From positions 19,904,001-19,968,000 of the forward strand of contig CM075989.1 of the NCBI GenBank assembly GCA_038087875.1: a stretch of DNA of 64,000 nt, read 5' to 3'. The notes beneath the pieces were generated by a model, which did not search any database, was not told where the DNA came from, and saw nothing but the letters and a program-made list of their open reading frames with translations. The number at the start of each line of letters is the position of its first letter. The first letter of the stretch is position 1. Shown here in pieces: positions 12,432 through 27,400 of the stretch. The stretch comes from Malacoraja senta (lineage: Eukaryota). The position numbers and the translations under genes were made by a program.

Positions 12432-15403
12432 AATTATATCGCCAAGACATAACTACAGTTTGAATGCTTTAAATAATGTTGTTTAGTTTTGTTACATTGC
12501 CTCTGCCACTCTGTTCAGTTGGATGGGCATTTGAAAAGAAAAGTTTACAGGAAAGTGAGATTGCCCCGTGAGCCAGCATGGTGTAGATGGGTTAAATGGC
12601 CTCCTACGTCGTGAAAATATATGAGAACAAGATAAGGCAATGTCTCGACCTGAAACGTCACCCATTCCTTCTCCCCAGAGATGCTGCCTGTCCCGCTGAG
12701 TTACTCCAGCTTTTTGAGTCTATCTTTGGTTTAAACCAGCATCTGCAGTTCCTTCCGACACAAAGAACAGTACAGCACAGGAGTGGGCCCTTCAGCCCAC
12801 AATGTTTGTGCCAAACATGATGCCAAGTTAATGATCCATGAGGCAATGGGAACATGGGAGTACGTTGTAATACGAAGGACATTTACAGTCACGCTATTTT
12901 AGTTTGTAGAATAAAAAGACTTATGTCAGGTTCACCAAGTTAATTGCCGGGATGGCGGGACTGACATATGATGAAAGAATGGATCGACTGGGCTTATATT
13001 CACTGGACAGGCTTAATGCAGGAAAAATGTTCCCGATGTTGGGAGAGTGCAGAACCAGGGGTCACAGTTTAAGAATAAGGGGTAGGCCATTTAGGACTGA
13101 GATGAGGAAATACTTTTTCACCCAAAGAGTTGTGAATCTGTGGAATTCTCTGCCATAGAAGGCAGTGGAGGCCAAGTCACTGGATGGTTTCAAGAGAGAG
13201 TTGGATATAGCTCTTAGGGCTAATGGAACCAAGGGATATGGGGGAAAAGCAGGAACGGGGTACTGATTCTGGATGATCAGCCGTGATCATATTAAATGGC
13301 GGTGCTGGCACTAAGGGCCGAATGGCCTACTCCTGCACCTTTTTTCTATGTTTCTATGTAATAAAGATGTGAAACTCTCAAGCTCATCTGATTCATTAGG
13401 AAAACCACAATTCGGTTAATTACTTTGGATTAAAACATTGGTAGGGAATTTGAGGGAGAATAACTAGCCACCACTAATTACATCACCTGCTGTTGTATTT
13501 TGAAGACAGGCACAAAAAGCTGACGTAACTCAGAAGGGTCTTGACCCGAAACGTCACCTATCCCTTTTCTCCAGAGGTGTTGCCTGACCCGCTGAGTTAC
13601 TCCAGCTTATTGTGTTTATTCGCGGTTTAAACCAGCATCTGCACTTCCTTCCCACACACTTGTATTGAGGAGGGTTTTTTTCACATTAGTCTCCAAAGCA
13701 AGAGTATGTAAAATTGCAATGTAACTGCAGTACTAATGATTCTATTTGACATTGGAACCAAAATCTCTGCAGGTGCTGGAAATTCAAAATAAAGCAAAAA
13801 ATTGTTTTAAAGAGCAAAAACCGTGAGGGGATTATATAAGGTGAATGCATCGTGATTTTCCTGGGATTTGTGATTCAAGAACTTGAAGGCATTGGTTTAA
13901 AGTGAGAGGGGGACGATTTAATAGGAACCTGAGGGACAACATTTTCACGCAGAGAATGGTGGGTATGTGGAACGAGCTGCCAGAGGAAGTAGGCAGGTAA
14001 AATTACAGCATTTAAAAGACATTTGGACAAGTATTTGGACAGAAAAGGATTAAAGGGATATAGGCCAAACGCGGATAAATGGGACTAGTTTAGATGGGGC
14101 ATCTTGATCTGCATGGACAAGTTGGGATGAAGGACCTGTTTCCATGCTGTAAGAATATGACACATTGTAGAAAGGGTGCAATTGCTCTGGAGAGGATCCA
14201 GGGGCGATTTATGAAGATGTTGGCAGGGCTGGAATTTTTATTTCACTTTGAAGAAAGATTTGATAACTGGGATTGTATTCTCCGCAGCAACGGAGGTGAA
14301 GAGATGACTTAGTTGAGGTGAATAATGTTAGGAGAATAGGACCTGTTTCGCGTTACAAAGTGTGTCGGACGGAACTGCAGATGCTGGTTTAAACTGAAGA
14401 TAGACGCAAAAAGCTGGAGTAACAGCGGGACAGGCAGCATCTCTGGAGAGAAAGAATAGGTGATGTTTCGGGTCGACTGAAGAGGTTGAAAACCAGCCAT
14501 ATAGATGTAAAACACAATGACTGGAGATGTGTGTCATCCAACTAAGGGCAGAAATCAGAATCATGTGTTCATCTTTATTGACGTGACACCATAATAAATA
14601 TATTATAGAAAAAAGAATTTAATGGGGTGGCATGGCGGCGCAGCGGTAGAGTTGCTGTCCTACGGCACTTTGATCCTGACTATGGGTGCTGTCAGTACAG
14701 AATTCGTACAGACCACATGGGTTTTCTCCGGATTTTCTCCCACATCCCAAGACCGTGCAGGTTTGTAGGTTAATTGGCTTCTGTAAATTGTCCCTGTAAA
14801 TTGCGTGTAGGATAGAACTGGTGTATGGTAGATTGCTGGTCGGTGTGGACTTGGTGGGCCGAAGGGCCTGTTTCCACGCTGTGTCTCTCTAATGACTGGT
14901 CCCTTATTTTCCAGCTCTGTCCCCATATTGTGGACTCAACATCTACCCTTTCAAGTAGGTAGAAAGGAACTGCAGATGCTGGTTTATACCAAAAATAGAC
15001 ACAAAGTCCAGGAGTAACTCAGCGGGTCAGACAGCATCTCTGGAGAAAATGGATATGTGACGTTTTGGGTTGGGACCCTTCTTCAAACTGATTGTGGTGG
15101 GGGTGGGGGGGGCAACTGGAAGCAAGAAAAATAAACAAATCTCTTTATATCCCTTTACGGTGGGTATACAGAAGGAAAGCTGGGATTTGGGTAGATGACT
15201 AATTGACAGTCATCTCAATCTCAGTGGGCTGTTGTACTGTCTAACTCTACATGTGACTCAAGTGTGTTAGAAATACACGTTTGGAAACAATGTGGCTTCT
15301 ATTGGTAGTAGGCCAAGTTCCTTGTAATTGTATGATCTCTTTATGCCAGTTGTTTGCCGTCTGAGTTTGTACATTTTACATTTAATTCTGTTTTCACTTC
15401 CAG

Positions 15404-15462
15404 AGGAGGAGAGGCGAGTGATAGCCAACAACCGTGAATACAATGAAAAGTTTGAGTACGCT
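15404..15462 (+). CDS. ATP8B4: ATP8B exon, 59 nt: (E)[19 protein letters not shown]
   Basis: ttttcacttccag acceptor, gtaagt donor; matches the ATP8B N-terminal ANxREYNEKFxYA motif. Confidence 0.9.
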
Positions 15463-18400
15463 GTAAGTATTGATTAATCTATCAATATTCCATCCATAGT
15501 CTGCTTGTGATGGATGAGTGACTGATATCAATGTTAGTGATATTCGATGAGCTACAAACTAACCGACTTTCAAAAGCTAATAATATGTTGGATACCAATA
15601 GAGGCACCAAGTGCAGCAGTATCTCAATGGACCAGGCAGCATCTCTGGAGAACATGGATTAGATGACATCTTGCGTCGGGACCCTTTTTCAGAACCGACT
15701 CAAAACACCATCTATTCATGTTCTCCAGAAAGGCATCAATAAGGAACTGCAGATGCTGGTTTATACAAAAGAACACAAAGTGCTGGAGTAACTCAATGGA
15801 TCTGGCAGAGTCTCTGGAGAACATGGATAGGTGACATTTTGGGCTGCGCATCTGTGCCACTGCTTAACAACTCTAAACTGGTAGAACATGGAAGAGTACA
15901 GCACAGGAACAGGACCATTGTACCTTGGTGCATGTGACAACAATCAACCTAAACCTATACTGAATGTAATGCAAAGATAAATGAATCTCCTCTGCCTGTC
16001 TGTGATCCATACCCCTCCTTTTACTGCTTATTCGGGTGCCAAGCCAAAGGCCTTTCAAACGCCACTATCGTATCTGCCTCCTGCACCTCCCTTGGCAGTG
16101 CATGCCAGGCACCCACCACTCTCCGCACCAAACACCTGCCCCACACGTTTCCGTTAAACAGCCCCCCTCACTGTGAAGCTACGGGGTCTAACTTTTGGCA
16201 TTCCCACCCTGGGAATTGTGGCCATGGGCTTTGGCATCACACGATACCATGTTTTGAGATGATGCCACAGAGGTGATTGAATAGAATCAGCCATGGAATA
16301 GTTCTTGTTGGACTTGACAGGGAGTAATATGTTAGGAAGGACAACGTTGCAGTGTAGTTTAGTTGTTTGTCACGTGTACCAAGGTGCGGTGAAACGCTTT
16401 TTTTTGTAAGACCATATGTGATTACAAACAAGCCATCCTAAGTATACATATACAGGATAAAGGGAATAACATATAGTAGCAATGTTACAAAATTTTGAGA
16501 TTTAAAAAATAAAGTCTGTAATTTATCCCATCAGATAAAGCATAAAAAGAAGTTTAATTTCTAAGTCTAACTCACTTTTGTATCTTCAGTATTTAAAAAG
16601 TTATGGCCATTTTCATACTCGGAAATTAGCATATTGCTTTGCCATTGACTTAACACAAAAGCTGTGATCGAGGACAGTCAAAAGCCCATAACTTTCTTAA
16701 AAATTAAGAGAACTGAAAGAAATTGTTCTGAAACAAATATGAAACAATCTTACTTAGATGACATGAAATTAAAGCATATAATTAGTTAGTTATCTAATTG
16801 TAGCTAATTACAAAATTCAATTACTAGATCTAAACATTTATCAATTTCTTAAGAATAGATTAACATTTTTAAATAGCCTAAGTGTCCAAATAACATTCAC
16901 ACAAGAATTCACAATATAACATAATTTTTAAATCTCATTGTCATGGATTTACAGGCCAAATGGAAGGAAGTTAATGTTTAATACCTGTAAATTAATGGCC
17001 ATTTAAATCATCTTGCGAGTGGGGTTTTCTGGAACGCGATCATTTGGAACGTGGATTTGCGGTGAATTTAACCCCGTATCGGCATGAAAAATTCTGCCGT
17101 TAGGTCGGGGAAAAGAATCACCGTTTCGCATTAAAAAATGTGAATTAAAGGCCTCTTAAGAAGCACTTTTATACAAAAAAATAAACTGCTTTCGTTTACC
17201 TGTCCTGTGCGTGAAATCCGTCCCCGTTGTCGGCGTTGACGGCTTTCGAAGCTGATTTTAAAATAAATCCAGCCCTGACATTGTCGATCGAATAAAAATA
17301 AAAAATACACAAAACGCCCGTCGGAACGATTTTTCAGCAAACGCTGGCACTCCAACGAAATATAATACAGGACAAGGTAGGAGAAACCCGCGTTTTAACC
17401 CCGCCCCCTCCTTCAAAGGCGCCAAAATCGCGCACACGGCCAGTGGCAGAATTGCAGCGCCGCTAAAGGTAAGTATTGTAACATACCTACGTAAAGTCCA
17501 GCAAAGTCCGATTAAAGATAGTCTGAGGGTCTCCAATGAGATAGATGGGAGGTCAGGACCACTCTCTAGTTGTTGATAGAATGGTTCAGTTGCCTGATAG
17601 CAGCTGGGAAGAAACTGACCCTGAATCTGGAGGTGCATTTTCAGACTTCTGTACTTCTTGCTTGATGGGAAGAGAGGAGGCAAGAGCTCTAGAAGTGTGA
17701 AAACAAGATGGGCTGAAGGGATTGTTTCCATGCTGTATCTCTAAACGAAACTAGACTGACTGCAGAGTAAATACCAAAGAAAAATGTTATAAAAAGTGTT
17801 CTGAATATTAACAATAAAATCTGTATCAGTGCACAGTGACAGCATAGTTAACAGGAACTTGTCCCACCCTGCTTCAGTAGCTAGAGATGTATTGTCTTTC
17901 CACTGGCTGTTAGCACGCAACAAAAGCTTTTCACTGTACCTTGGTACATGTGACAATAAACGCAACTCAAACGAACAGTCTATCCATCCACTCCACATAT
18001 GCTGCCTGATCTGCTGAGTTCCTCCAGCACTTTATGTTTTGTTCCGTAAAGGTTTTCATTTTTGTTTGGGCAGCTTACACCCCAGCGGTATGAATATTGA
18101 CTTCTAACGTCAAGTAACCCTTGCTTTCCCTCTCTCTCTCCATCCCTCCCCCTTCCCAGTTCTCCGACCAGTCTGACTGTCCCCCTGGTTGCATTGTACC
18201 TCTTTCTACTTGGTTGGTCACCTTCACCAAACTAACAATGGTCTATTCTACATTTTCCTTGATCTGCATCTCTTTTGATCTCTCACTTCCTTCCCTCTGT
18301 AAAGGCTCTGTCCCACTTTCCCGAGTTACTCACAAACTCGCCCGAGTTTTCCCCTTGATTCAAACTCAGAGAATTACGGTAATAGCCGTTCGTAGGTACT

Positions 18401-21400
18401 CGGGGCTATTTTTTTTACTCGTGGACATTTTTCAACATGTTGAAAAAACGTCCTGACTTACCTGATGCCCCGAGTTCCAACGGCTGGCATTACGAGCCGC
18501 TACGAAATATCTACGGACTCCTACGGACTCTTACGAGCTCGCTACCGACATTCCCCGAGTTCGAATAAAGGGGAAAAGGCGGGAGAGTTCGTGAGTAACC
18601 CGGGAAAGTGGGACAGGGCCTTAACTCCCTCTCTCCTGACGCTCAGTCTGAAGAAGGGTCTGGACCCGAAACGTCATCCAATCCTATCCAGAGATACTGC
18701 CTGTCCCACTGAGTTACTCCAGTATTTTGTGTCTATTTACATTTTTACAAACTGTTTACATAACTGCTCTATGAGTAAAAATCATGTTTATCATTAGTTG
18801 GAAAATGCAGCTATAACAGTCAATTATATTTAAATATCATTGAATTATTTGCTTTTATCCTTTTTCAGAGTAACCGCATCAAGACCTCAAAATACAACGT
18901 TATCACATTTCTGCCTATTAACCTGTTCGAGCAGTTCCAGCGGGTCGCCAATGCATACTTCTTGTTCCTGTTGCTCTTACAGGTTGGTACATTTTTGGAC
19001 AAGTGTGGCATGCATCGCCTTCCTGTTGCTAATGGATATTCCAGGCCTTGTCGCACACTTCTTCAGTAGCAAGAGATGCATTGTCTTTCCACTGACTGGT
19101 TAGCACGCAACAACAGCTTTTCACTGTACCTCAGTACACCTGACAATAAACTAAACTAAACTAAACTAACAGGTTGTTCGAAGGAAGGTATTTAACGTCC
19201 TTTATTGAATTTCAGTAGAGGCCCTTCAGGATGATCGAAAGTGTGTGTGTGTGCGTGTGTACAGTGGCTTGCAAAAGTTTTCATACCCCTTGAACTTTTC
19301 CACATTTTGCAACGTTACAACCACAAACGTAAATGTATTTTATTGGGATTTTATGTGATAGACCAACACAAAGTGGTGCATAATTGTGAAGTGGAAGGAA
19401 AATGATACATGGTTTTCAAATTTTTTTACAAATAAAAAACTGAAAAGTGTGGCGTGCAAAAGTATTCAGCCCCCCTGAGTCAATACTTTGCTGCAATTAC
19501 AGCTGCAAGTCTTTTGGGGTATGTCGCTACCAGCTTTGCACATCTAGAGACTGAAATATTTGCCCAATCTTCTTTGCAAAATAGCTCAAGCTCAGTCAGA
19601 TTGGATGGAGAGCGTCTGTGAACAGCAATTTTCAAGTCTTGCCAGAGATTCTCAATTGGATTTAGGTCTGGACTTTGACTGGGCCATTCTAACACATGAA
19701 TATGCTTTGATCTAAACCATTCCATTGTAGCTCTGGCTGTATGTTTAGGGTCGTTGTCCTGCTGGAAGGTGAACCTCCGCCCCAGTCTCAAGTCTTTTGC
19801 AGACTCTAACAGGTTTTCTTCCAAGATTGCCCTGTATTTGGCTCCATCCATCTTCCCATTAACTCTGACCAGCTTCCCTGTCCCTGCTGAAGAAAAGCAT
19901 CCCCACAGCATGATGCTGCCACCACCATGTTTCACAGTGGGGATGGTGTGTTCAGGGTGATGTGCAGTGTTAGTTTTCCGCCACACATAGCGTTTTGCAT
20001 TTAGGCCAAAAACTTCAATTTTGGTCTCATCTGACCAGAGCACCTTCCTCCACATGTTTGCTGTGTCCCCCACATGGCTTGTGGCAAACTGCAAACGGGA
20101 CTTCTTATGGCTTTTTTTCAACAATGGCTTTCTTCTTGCCACTCTTCCATAAAGGCCCGATTTGTGGAGTGCACGACTAATAGTTGTCCTGTGGACAGAT
20201 TCTCCCACCTGAGCTGTGGATCTCTGCAGCTCCTCCAGAGTTACCATGGGCCTCTTGGCTGCTTCTCTGATCAATGCTCTCCTTGCCCGGCCTGTCCGTT
20301 TAGGTGGACGGCCATATCTTGGTAGGTTTGCAATTGTGCCATACTCTTTCCATTTTCGGATGATGGATTGAACAGTGCTCCGTGAGATGTTCAAAGCTTG
20401 GGATATTTTTTTATAACCTAACCCTGCTTTAAACTTCTCCACAACTTTATCCCTGACCTGTCTGGTGTGTTCCTTGGGCTTCATGATGCTGTTTGTTCAC
20501 TAATGTTCTCTAACAAACCTCTGAGGCCTTCACAGAACAGCTGTATTTATACTGAGATTAGATTACACATAAGTGGACTCTATTTACTAATTAGGTGACT
20601 TCTGAAGGCAATTGGTTGCACTGGATTTTATTTAGGGGTATCAGAGTAAAGGGGGCTGAATACTTTTGCATGCCACACTTTTCAGTTTTTTATTTGTAAA
20701 AAAATTTGAAAACCATGTATCATTTTCCTTCCACTTCACAATTATGCGCCACTTTGTGTTGGTCTATCACATAAAATCCCAATAAAATACATTTACGTTT
20801 GTAGTTGTAACGTGACAAAATGTGTAAAAGTTCAAGGGGTATGAAAACTTTTGCAAGCCACTGTATATGTGCGTGCGAGTGCGTATGTGTGTGTGCGTGC
20901 ATGTGCGCGTGCGTGTGTGTGTGTGCGCGAGTGCATGTGTGTGTGTTGGTCTGTGTTGATGTGTGCGTGCATGTGCGAGTGCGTGTGTGTGTGTGCATGT
21001 GTGTGTGTCTACGTGTGTATGTGTGCGTGCGACTGAGTGTGTATGTGCATGCGAGTGTGAGTGTGTGTGTGCAATTGCGTGTGCATGCGTGTGTGTCTAA
21101 TTACATGTGCATGTGTGTGCGAATGTGTGCGTGTGTGTGGAGGTTTGGAGTGGGGGGTACGTAATAAAGGGTAGAGGTGGGCAAGGAGTGGGGACGATCT
21201 ACCAAGGAGAGGCAAGATCAAGAGATATTTTAATTTAGTTTATTATTGTCACGTGTATCGAGGTACGCTGGAGAGATGTAATGGGTGACATTTTGGGTCT
21301 GAAGAAGGGTCTCGACATGAAATGTCACCCATTCCTTCTCTCCAGACATGTTTTCTGTCATGCTGAGTTACTCCAGTATTTTGTGTCTAACTTCGGTGAA

Positions 21401-24400
21401 AACGTTTTTGTTGCGTGCTATCCAGTCAGCGAAAAGACTATATGTGATTACAATCAAGCCACCCACAGTGTACAGATACGGGATATAGGGAACAGATTGG
21501 TATAAAGGGAACTTAAATTTTAATATGCCATAAAACAATGTTATTTACTTTACCTATTCACATTTGGTGGATGGCACGGTGGCGCAGCGGTAAAGTTGCT
21601 GCCTTACAGCGCTTGCAGCACCGGAGACCCGGGTTTGATCCCGACTACGGGCGTTGTCTGTATGGAGTTTTACGTTCTCCCCGTGACCACGTGGGTTTTC
21701 TCCGAGATCTTCGGTTTCCTCCCACACTCCAAAGACGTACAGGTTTGTAGGTTAATTGACTTGGTATAAGTGTAAATTGTCCCTAGTGTGTGTAGAATAG
21801 TATTAATGTGCGGGGATCACTGGTCAGTGCGGACTCGGTGGGCCAAAGGGCCTGTTTATGCGCTGTATCTCTAAACTAAACTATACCTAATTTGAATTAC
21901 AGTATTATTCATATTTCTATCTTGGAAATGATTGAATTAACGGCTATAAATGTAATACATTTTGTAAGAATATATTTGTGAATTGTTCAACATAATCTTC
22001 ACTGTGTAAATCTGATTATTTCTCTCTCTAGTTAATCCCGCATATCTCCTCGCTTTCCTGGTTCACCACGATAGTGCCTTTAGTATTGGTGTTAACAATC
22101 ACAGCGGTTAAAGATGCCACAGATGACTATGTGAGTACCAGTACAATTCTGGCTTGTGAGAGGGACAGGAATACTAATTTGTATCTGATGTTAGAGGCAA
22201 GGTCTTGGGCACCATCTCTGAGAACTCCAGAGCCAGCCATTTCGGTTCATAACTTCATCCCTGGCTGAGATTGTTTGTTGACATGAATTACAGCAAACTC
22301 TATAAGGGCGGCATGGTGGCGCAGCGGTAGAGTTGCTGCCTTACTGCGAATGCAGCGCCGGAGACCCTGTTTTGATCCTGACTACAGGTGGAGTTTGAAC
22401 GTTCTCCCCGTGATCTGCTTGGTTTTACTCCAAGATCTTCGGTTTCCTCCCACACTCCAAAGACGTACAGGTTTGTGGGTTAATTGGCTTGGTAAATGTA
22501 AACATTGTCCCTAGTGGGTGCAGGATAGTGTTAATGTGTGGGGATCGCTGGTCGGCGCGGACTCGGTGGACCGAAGGGCCTGTTTCCGTGCTGTATCTCT
22601 AAACTAAACGAAACTAAACACAAAGTGCTGGAGTAAGATAGATACAAAGTGCTGGAGTAACTCAGCAGTTCAGGCAGCATCTCTGGTGAACATGGATAGG
22701 TGACATTTCGGGTTGGAACCCTTCATTAGTCTGGAGAAGGGTCCCGACCTGAAACGTCGCTTATCCACATTCTCCACGGATGCTGCCCGATCCGCTGAGT
22801 TACTCTAGCACTTCATGTCTATCTTTGGTATAAACCAGCATCTGCAGTTTCTTGTTGTTACAAAATGCTGGAGTAACTCAGCAGGTCAGGCAGCATCCCC
22901 GGAGAACATGGATAGGTGACGTTTTGAGTCAGGACCCCTCTTCAGACTGATTGCAGGGGCGGGGAGGAGGGGTGGGGAGGGAGGTGGGGAGCATGGCAGG
23001 TCATAGGTGACAATGGAAGAGGGGGAGTTGAGAGGCAGAATCCCCCCCACCCAACCCCCCCCCCTTCCTTTGATCACCTATGACCTTTCATGCTTTGTCC
23101 TGCCCTTCCATTCTTCTAGTTTGCCCATCCCCCAAAACCCTTCCAATCTGCTTAAAGCTGGGTAGCGACCCAAAACGTCACCTATCCATGTTCTTCAGGG
23201 ATGCTGCCTGACCCGTTGAGTTACTCCAGCATTTTGTGTCTTTCCTTGGTAAACCAGCATCAGCAGTTCCTTGGTTCTTCAGCAAACTCTTCTATTTTGA
23301 AGATCCTTACTTTTGTGTTACCTCATCCAGATTAGATAGTTTACTCTATTTCCCATGCAGGGCATCTGACTGAGTGACTCCAACATCTCATAGCTTCATG
23401 ATAAATGTCAGTGAATCAGTTATTTGTGGCGTTTAAATGGAGCTAGGTTTGTAGACATACATACACGTTTAATTTAGTGTAGTTTGGAGATACAGGCCCT
23501 TCAGCCCACTGAATATGTGCAGACCCGTTCTATCTTAATAATAATAATAATAATAGATTTTATTTTAAGGGCGCCTAATACCGAGGTCTCTAGGACACCT
23601 TACAATTTAAGAAACATATAAACATATAAACATATAATCAGAGTAAAACAAGTTATAAAGACATCACAAATACACAAATTAAAAACAGAAATTCGATCCA
23701 AAAAAAGACAACAAAATTCAGAAAACACAACATGAAGGGAGAGCAGCGGCAGCCAAACCGCGCCAGCGTACACTCTCCTTCCGCCCGCCATGTTGGACAT
23801 AGACTAACACAGACACTAGGGGCAATTTACAGGGGCCAATTAACCTACAAACCTGCACGTCTTCGGGATGTGGGAAGAAACCGGAGCACCCGGAGGAAAC
23901 CCACGCGGTCACAGGGAGAACGTGCAAACTCCACACAGACAGCACCCGAGATCAGGCTGGAACTAGGGTCTCTGGCGCTGTGAGGCAGCAACTCTTACCG
24001 CTGTGCTGCCGCAATGAGGAAGCGATTAGCAGATTTAATACACACTAAGCACTGTGTTTTTTTTTGGCAAGTCATAATTTTCCGTTCCATTTTAGTGTAC
24101 TTCTGTAAATATTTCTGAGGTGGAGCTGGCCAAATGTTCAGAACCCCAGCTTCCCAGGAGATGGGCTGAGGACTATCTTTAAGCTTTAACTCTGGTTTAG
24201 GAGGTCACAACAACATCATAAATATAAGCCATGGTTGGCCACATGACCTCTTAGACGGACCCAACTATTAAAAGGGATCATTGTTGATCTGATCATAACC
24301 GCAGCTCCACCTTCATATCTGTGTGCTGCAACCCAATAAGCTCAACAAACTTACTCTTGATTTATTGAAAGATACAGCATGGAAATACCTTGACCCTTCG

Positions 24401-27400
24401 GCCCACCGAGTCCATGCCGACCATCGATCACCAGTCCACGCTAGTGGATGTTATCGCACTTTTGCATCCACTCGCTACATACCAGGAGTGATTCATAGAG
24501 GCCAATTAACCTACAAACCCGAAGATAGGCACAAAATGCTGGAGTAACGCAGCGGGACAGGCAACCTCTCTGGAGAGAAGGACATTTTGGGTCGAGATCC
24601 CACAAGCCCACACATCTTTGTGGTGTGGGAGGAAACTACATTGCGTTTGAACGTAGACAGTGCGGTTCAACTCAATGAGTTTCCACTCCATGCACTCCAA
24701 AGACGTACAGGTTTGTGGGTTAATTGGCTTGGTATAATTGTAAACTGTCCATAGCGTGTGCAGGATAGCGATAGTGTGCGGGGATCGCTGGTCAGCGCTG
24801 ATTCGGTGAATCGAAGGGCGTGTTTTTACACTGTATCTCTAAACAAAACTCAATCTCTCTCCAGCAGCTTGCGGGATTTGTCACTTTGTGAGTTCATGAG
24901 TTGACTGCTCATCTGCACAAAGTGAGGTTGTTAGACAACTGTAAGAAAATAACCTTCCCTTGTTTGTAGACCATTTAACAATAGTATCAAAACTTTTTTC
25001 AATAGTATCAAGACTTTCTGATTAAAAATATTTCCTTTTCCAACCAAAAATGCATTAAAAATTAATTTTAATGGATACAGTGATTCTTTGTTTTTTAATT
25101 TTTAGTTTCGCTACAAGAGTGATAATCAAGTCAACAATCGACAGTCTCAGGTGCTCATCGATGGCAAGTGAGTACGGTGTCAATTTTCATCCTGCAAAGG
25201 TATCTACGAACCAAGAAAGAACTGCAGATGCTGGTGAAAATGAAGGTAGACACAAAATGCTGGAGAAACTCAGCGGGTGAGGCAGCATCTATGGAGAGAA
25301 GGAATTGGCGACGTTTCGGGTTGAGACGTTTCGGTTCGTGGTCTGAAGAAGGGTCTCGACCCGAAACGTCGCCAATTCCTTCTCTCCATAGATGCTGCCT
25401 CACTCGCTGAGTTTCTCCAGCATTTTGTGTCTACCTTCAAGACTGTTTTATTGTCATATGTCCCAGATAGAACTGTGGAATTCTTACTTGCTGCAGCACA
25501 GAATATGTAAACATAGTACTCTGTAAACAATATAAGAAACCAGAGAGAAAAAAAAGTTCAGTGTGTGTGTATATATACACATACTCACAAATATACATAT
25601 ATATCGATCATATAAATATATGCATATAAATACACACACACACGCACACATACATACATCCCAAAATACCCCATAATAGTGCAATAATAACAATAATAAT
25701 CTATGTAGTTCAGAGCTTATTTGAGGTTGTAGTGTTAAATAGCTGAATGGCGGTAGGGAAGAAGCTGTTCCTGAACCTGGACATTACAGTTTTTAGGCTC
25801 CTGTACCTTCTTCCTGATGGCAGCGGTGAAATGAGTGTGTGGTCAGGATGGTGTGGGTCTTTTGATGATGCTGGCTGCCTTCTTGAGGCAGCAACTCCGG
25901 TAAATCCCTTCGTGAGGATGTCAGAGCCGGTGATGGACCGGGCAGTCTGGAGAATAAAGGGATATGGACCATGTACAGGCAGATGAGATCAGTTTAACTT
26001 TGCATCATGTCCGGCATGACATTGTGGGATGAAGTGGCCATTCCATGCTGTACTGTTTTATGTTCTAAATCTTCGGATGTACTAACCTTTAGTTAACCAT
26101 CAGAAAATACCAAATCATTTACTCCCTGAGAAAATAATGTCACTAATGGATTTCTAAAACCACATTGTTCTGTTTTTGGCTTGTTTTGCACTTTTAGATT
26201 TTAGATAATTATTTACGAGTTTATCAATGTAGCCGAAGAAATTGCTTCATCTGGAAATAACTGGGAACACGTAGAAATGCAATAAAACACAGTGGCGGCA
26301 TGGTGGAGCAACGGTAGAGTTGCTGCCTTACAGCGCCAGAGACCCGGGTGCCGGGTTCGATTGTGACTACGGGTGCTGTCTGTATGGAGTTTGTGCGTTC
26401 TCCCTGTGACCTGCATGGGTTTTCTCCGAGATCTTTGGTTTCCTCCCACACTGCAAAGACGTACGGGTTTGCAGGTTAATTGGCTTGGTGTAAATGTAAA
26501 TTGTCCCCAGTGCTTGTAGGAATGTGTTAACGTGTGCGGATCGCTGGTCGGCACTGACTCGGTGGGCCGAAGGGCCTGTGTCCGCGCTGTATCTCTAAAG
26601 TAAATAAACAACTGCCCCGAGACGTTGAGGTGAACTTTGTTGAACGGTCACATGGAGCGTTTCCTGGCCATTTCGTGCTCATTTCCTGAGCGACTGTCGA
26701 AGACTAACCAGACCTTGTAGATAAGCAATTTGTGCCGGAAGGAGCTGCAGATTCTGGTTTAAACTAAAGATAGACACTTAAAGCTGGAGTAACTCAGCGG
26801 TCAGCAACTTCTTGGTCCCTTCCCCCTCTTGTTCTGTCAACCATTTACAGTACTTTCTCAAATTTCTTGATACATCTGCAGTTTACTTTCTTCTGTTCCA
26901 AAATGTATTTCAAATACCATTATCAGACGTACTTTTTTAATTCAAGAAGTATGATAATGCTGGATAACATGCTCTAGTCGTGGGAGAGTTGACTTACAGT
27001 GCAGTTGGAGGTACCTCAGCTGGTTGAGTTTATGCAGATGCATTCTAACATAATCTCATTTCCTCTGCCCTTTGTCCATATCCTTTTATACTTTTGTAAA
27101 TACATATTCAGATTCCTTTTAAACAACGTTGTCTCTTCCACAAAAGATATCTGCGTTAAAGCGTTTCATGTTCTGTCAGCCTCTGTGTGACCTCTCTACC
27201 TCACCCATTTATTACCACCTTCTATTACCTGCAGAGGGGTCCACAGCTCCCTGAAAGTGGAAACACAAGTGGATAGAATAGTTAAAGGGGCCGCTCCTTG
27301 CCTTCTGGCTGCACTTGACACCTGCCATCCTCATCTTTGGACACCATGTGCATAGGGGAGAGGGGAGAGGTTAGGGGCTGCAGATGTCCTGGTCGGGTTT

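Noticed and set aside
20720..21221. VC/HT-rich ORFs
   Set aside because: Translation of the TG microsatellite
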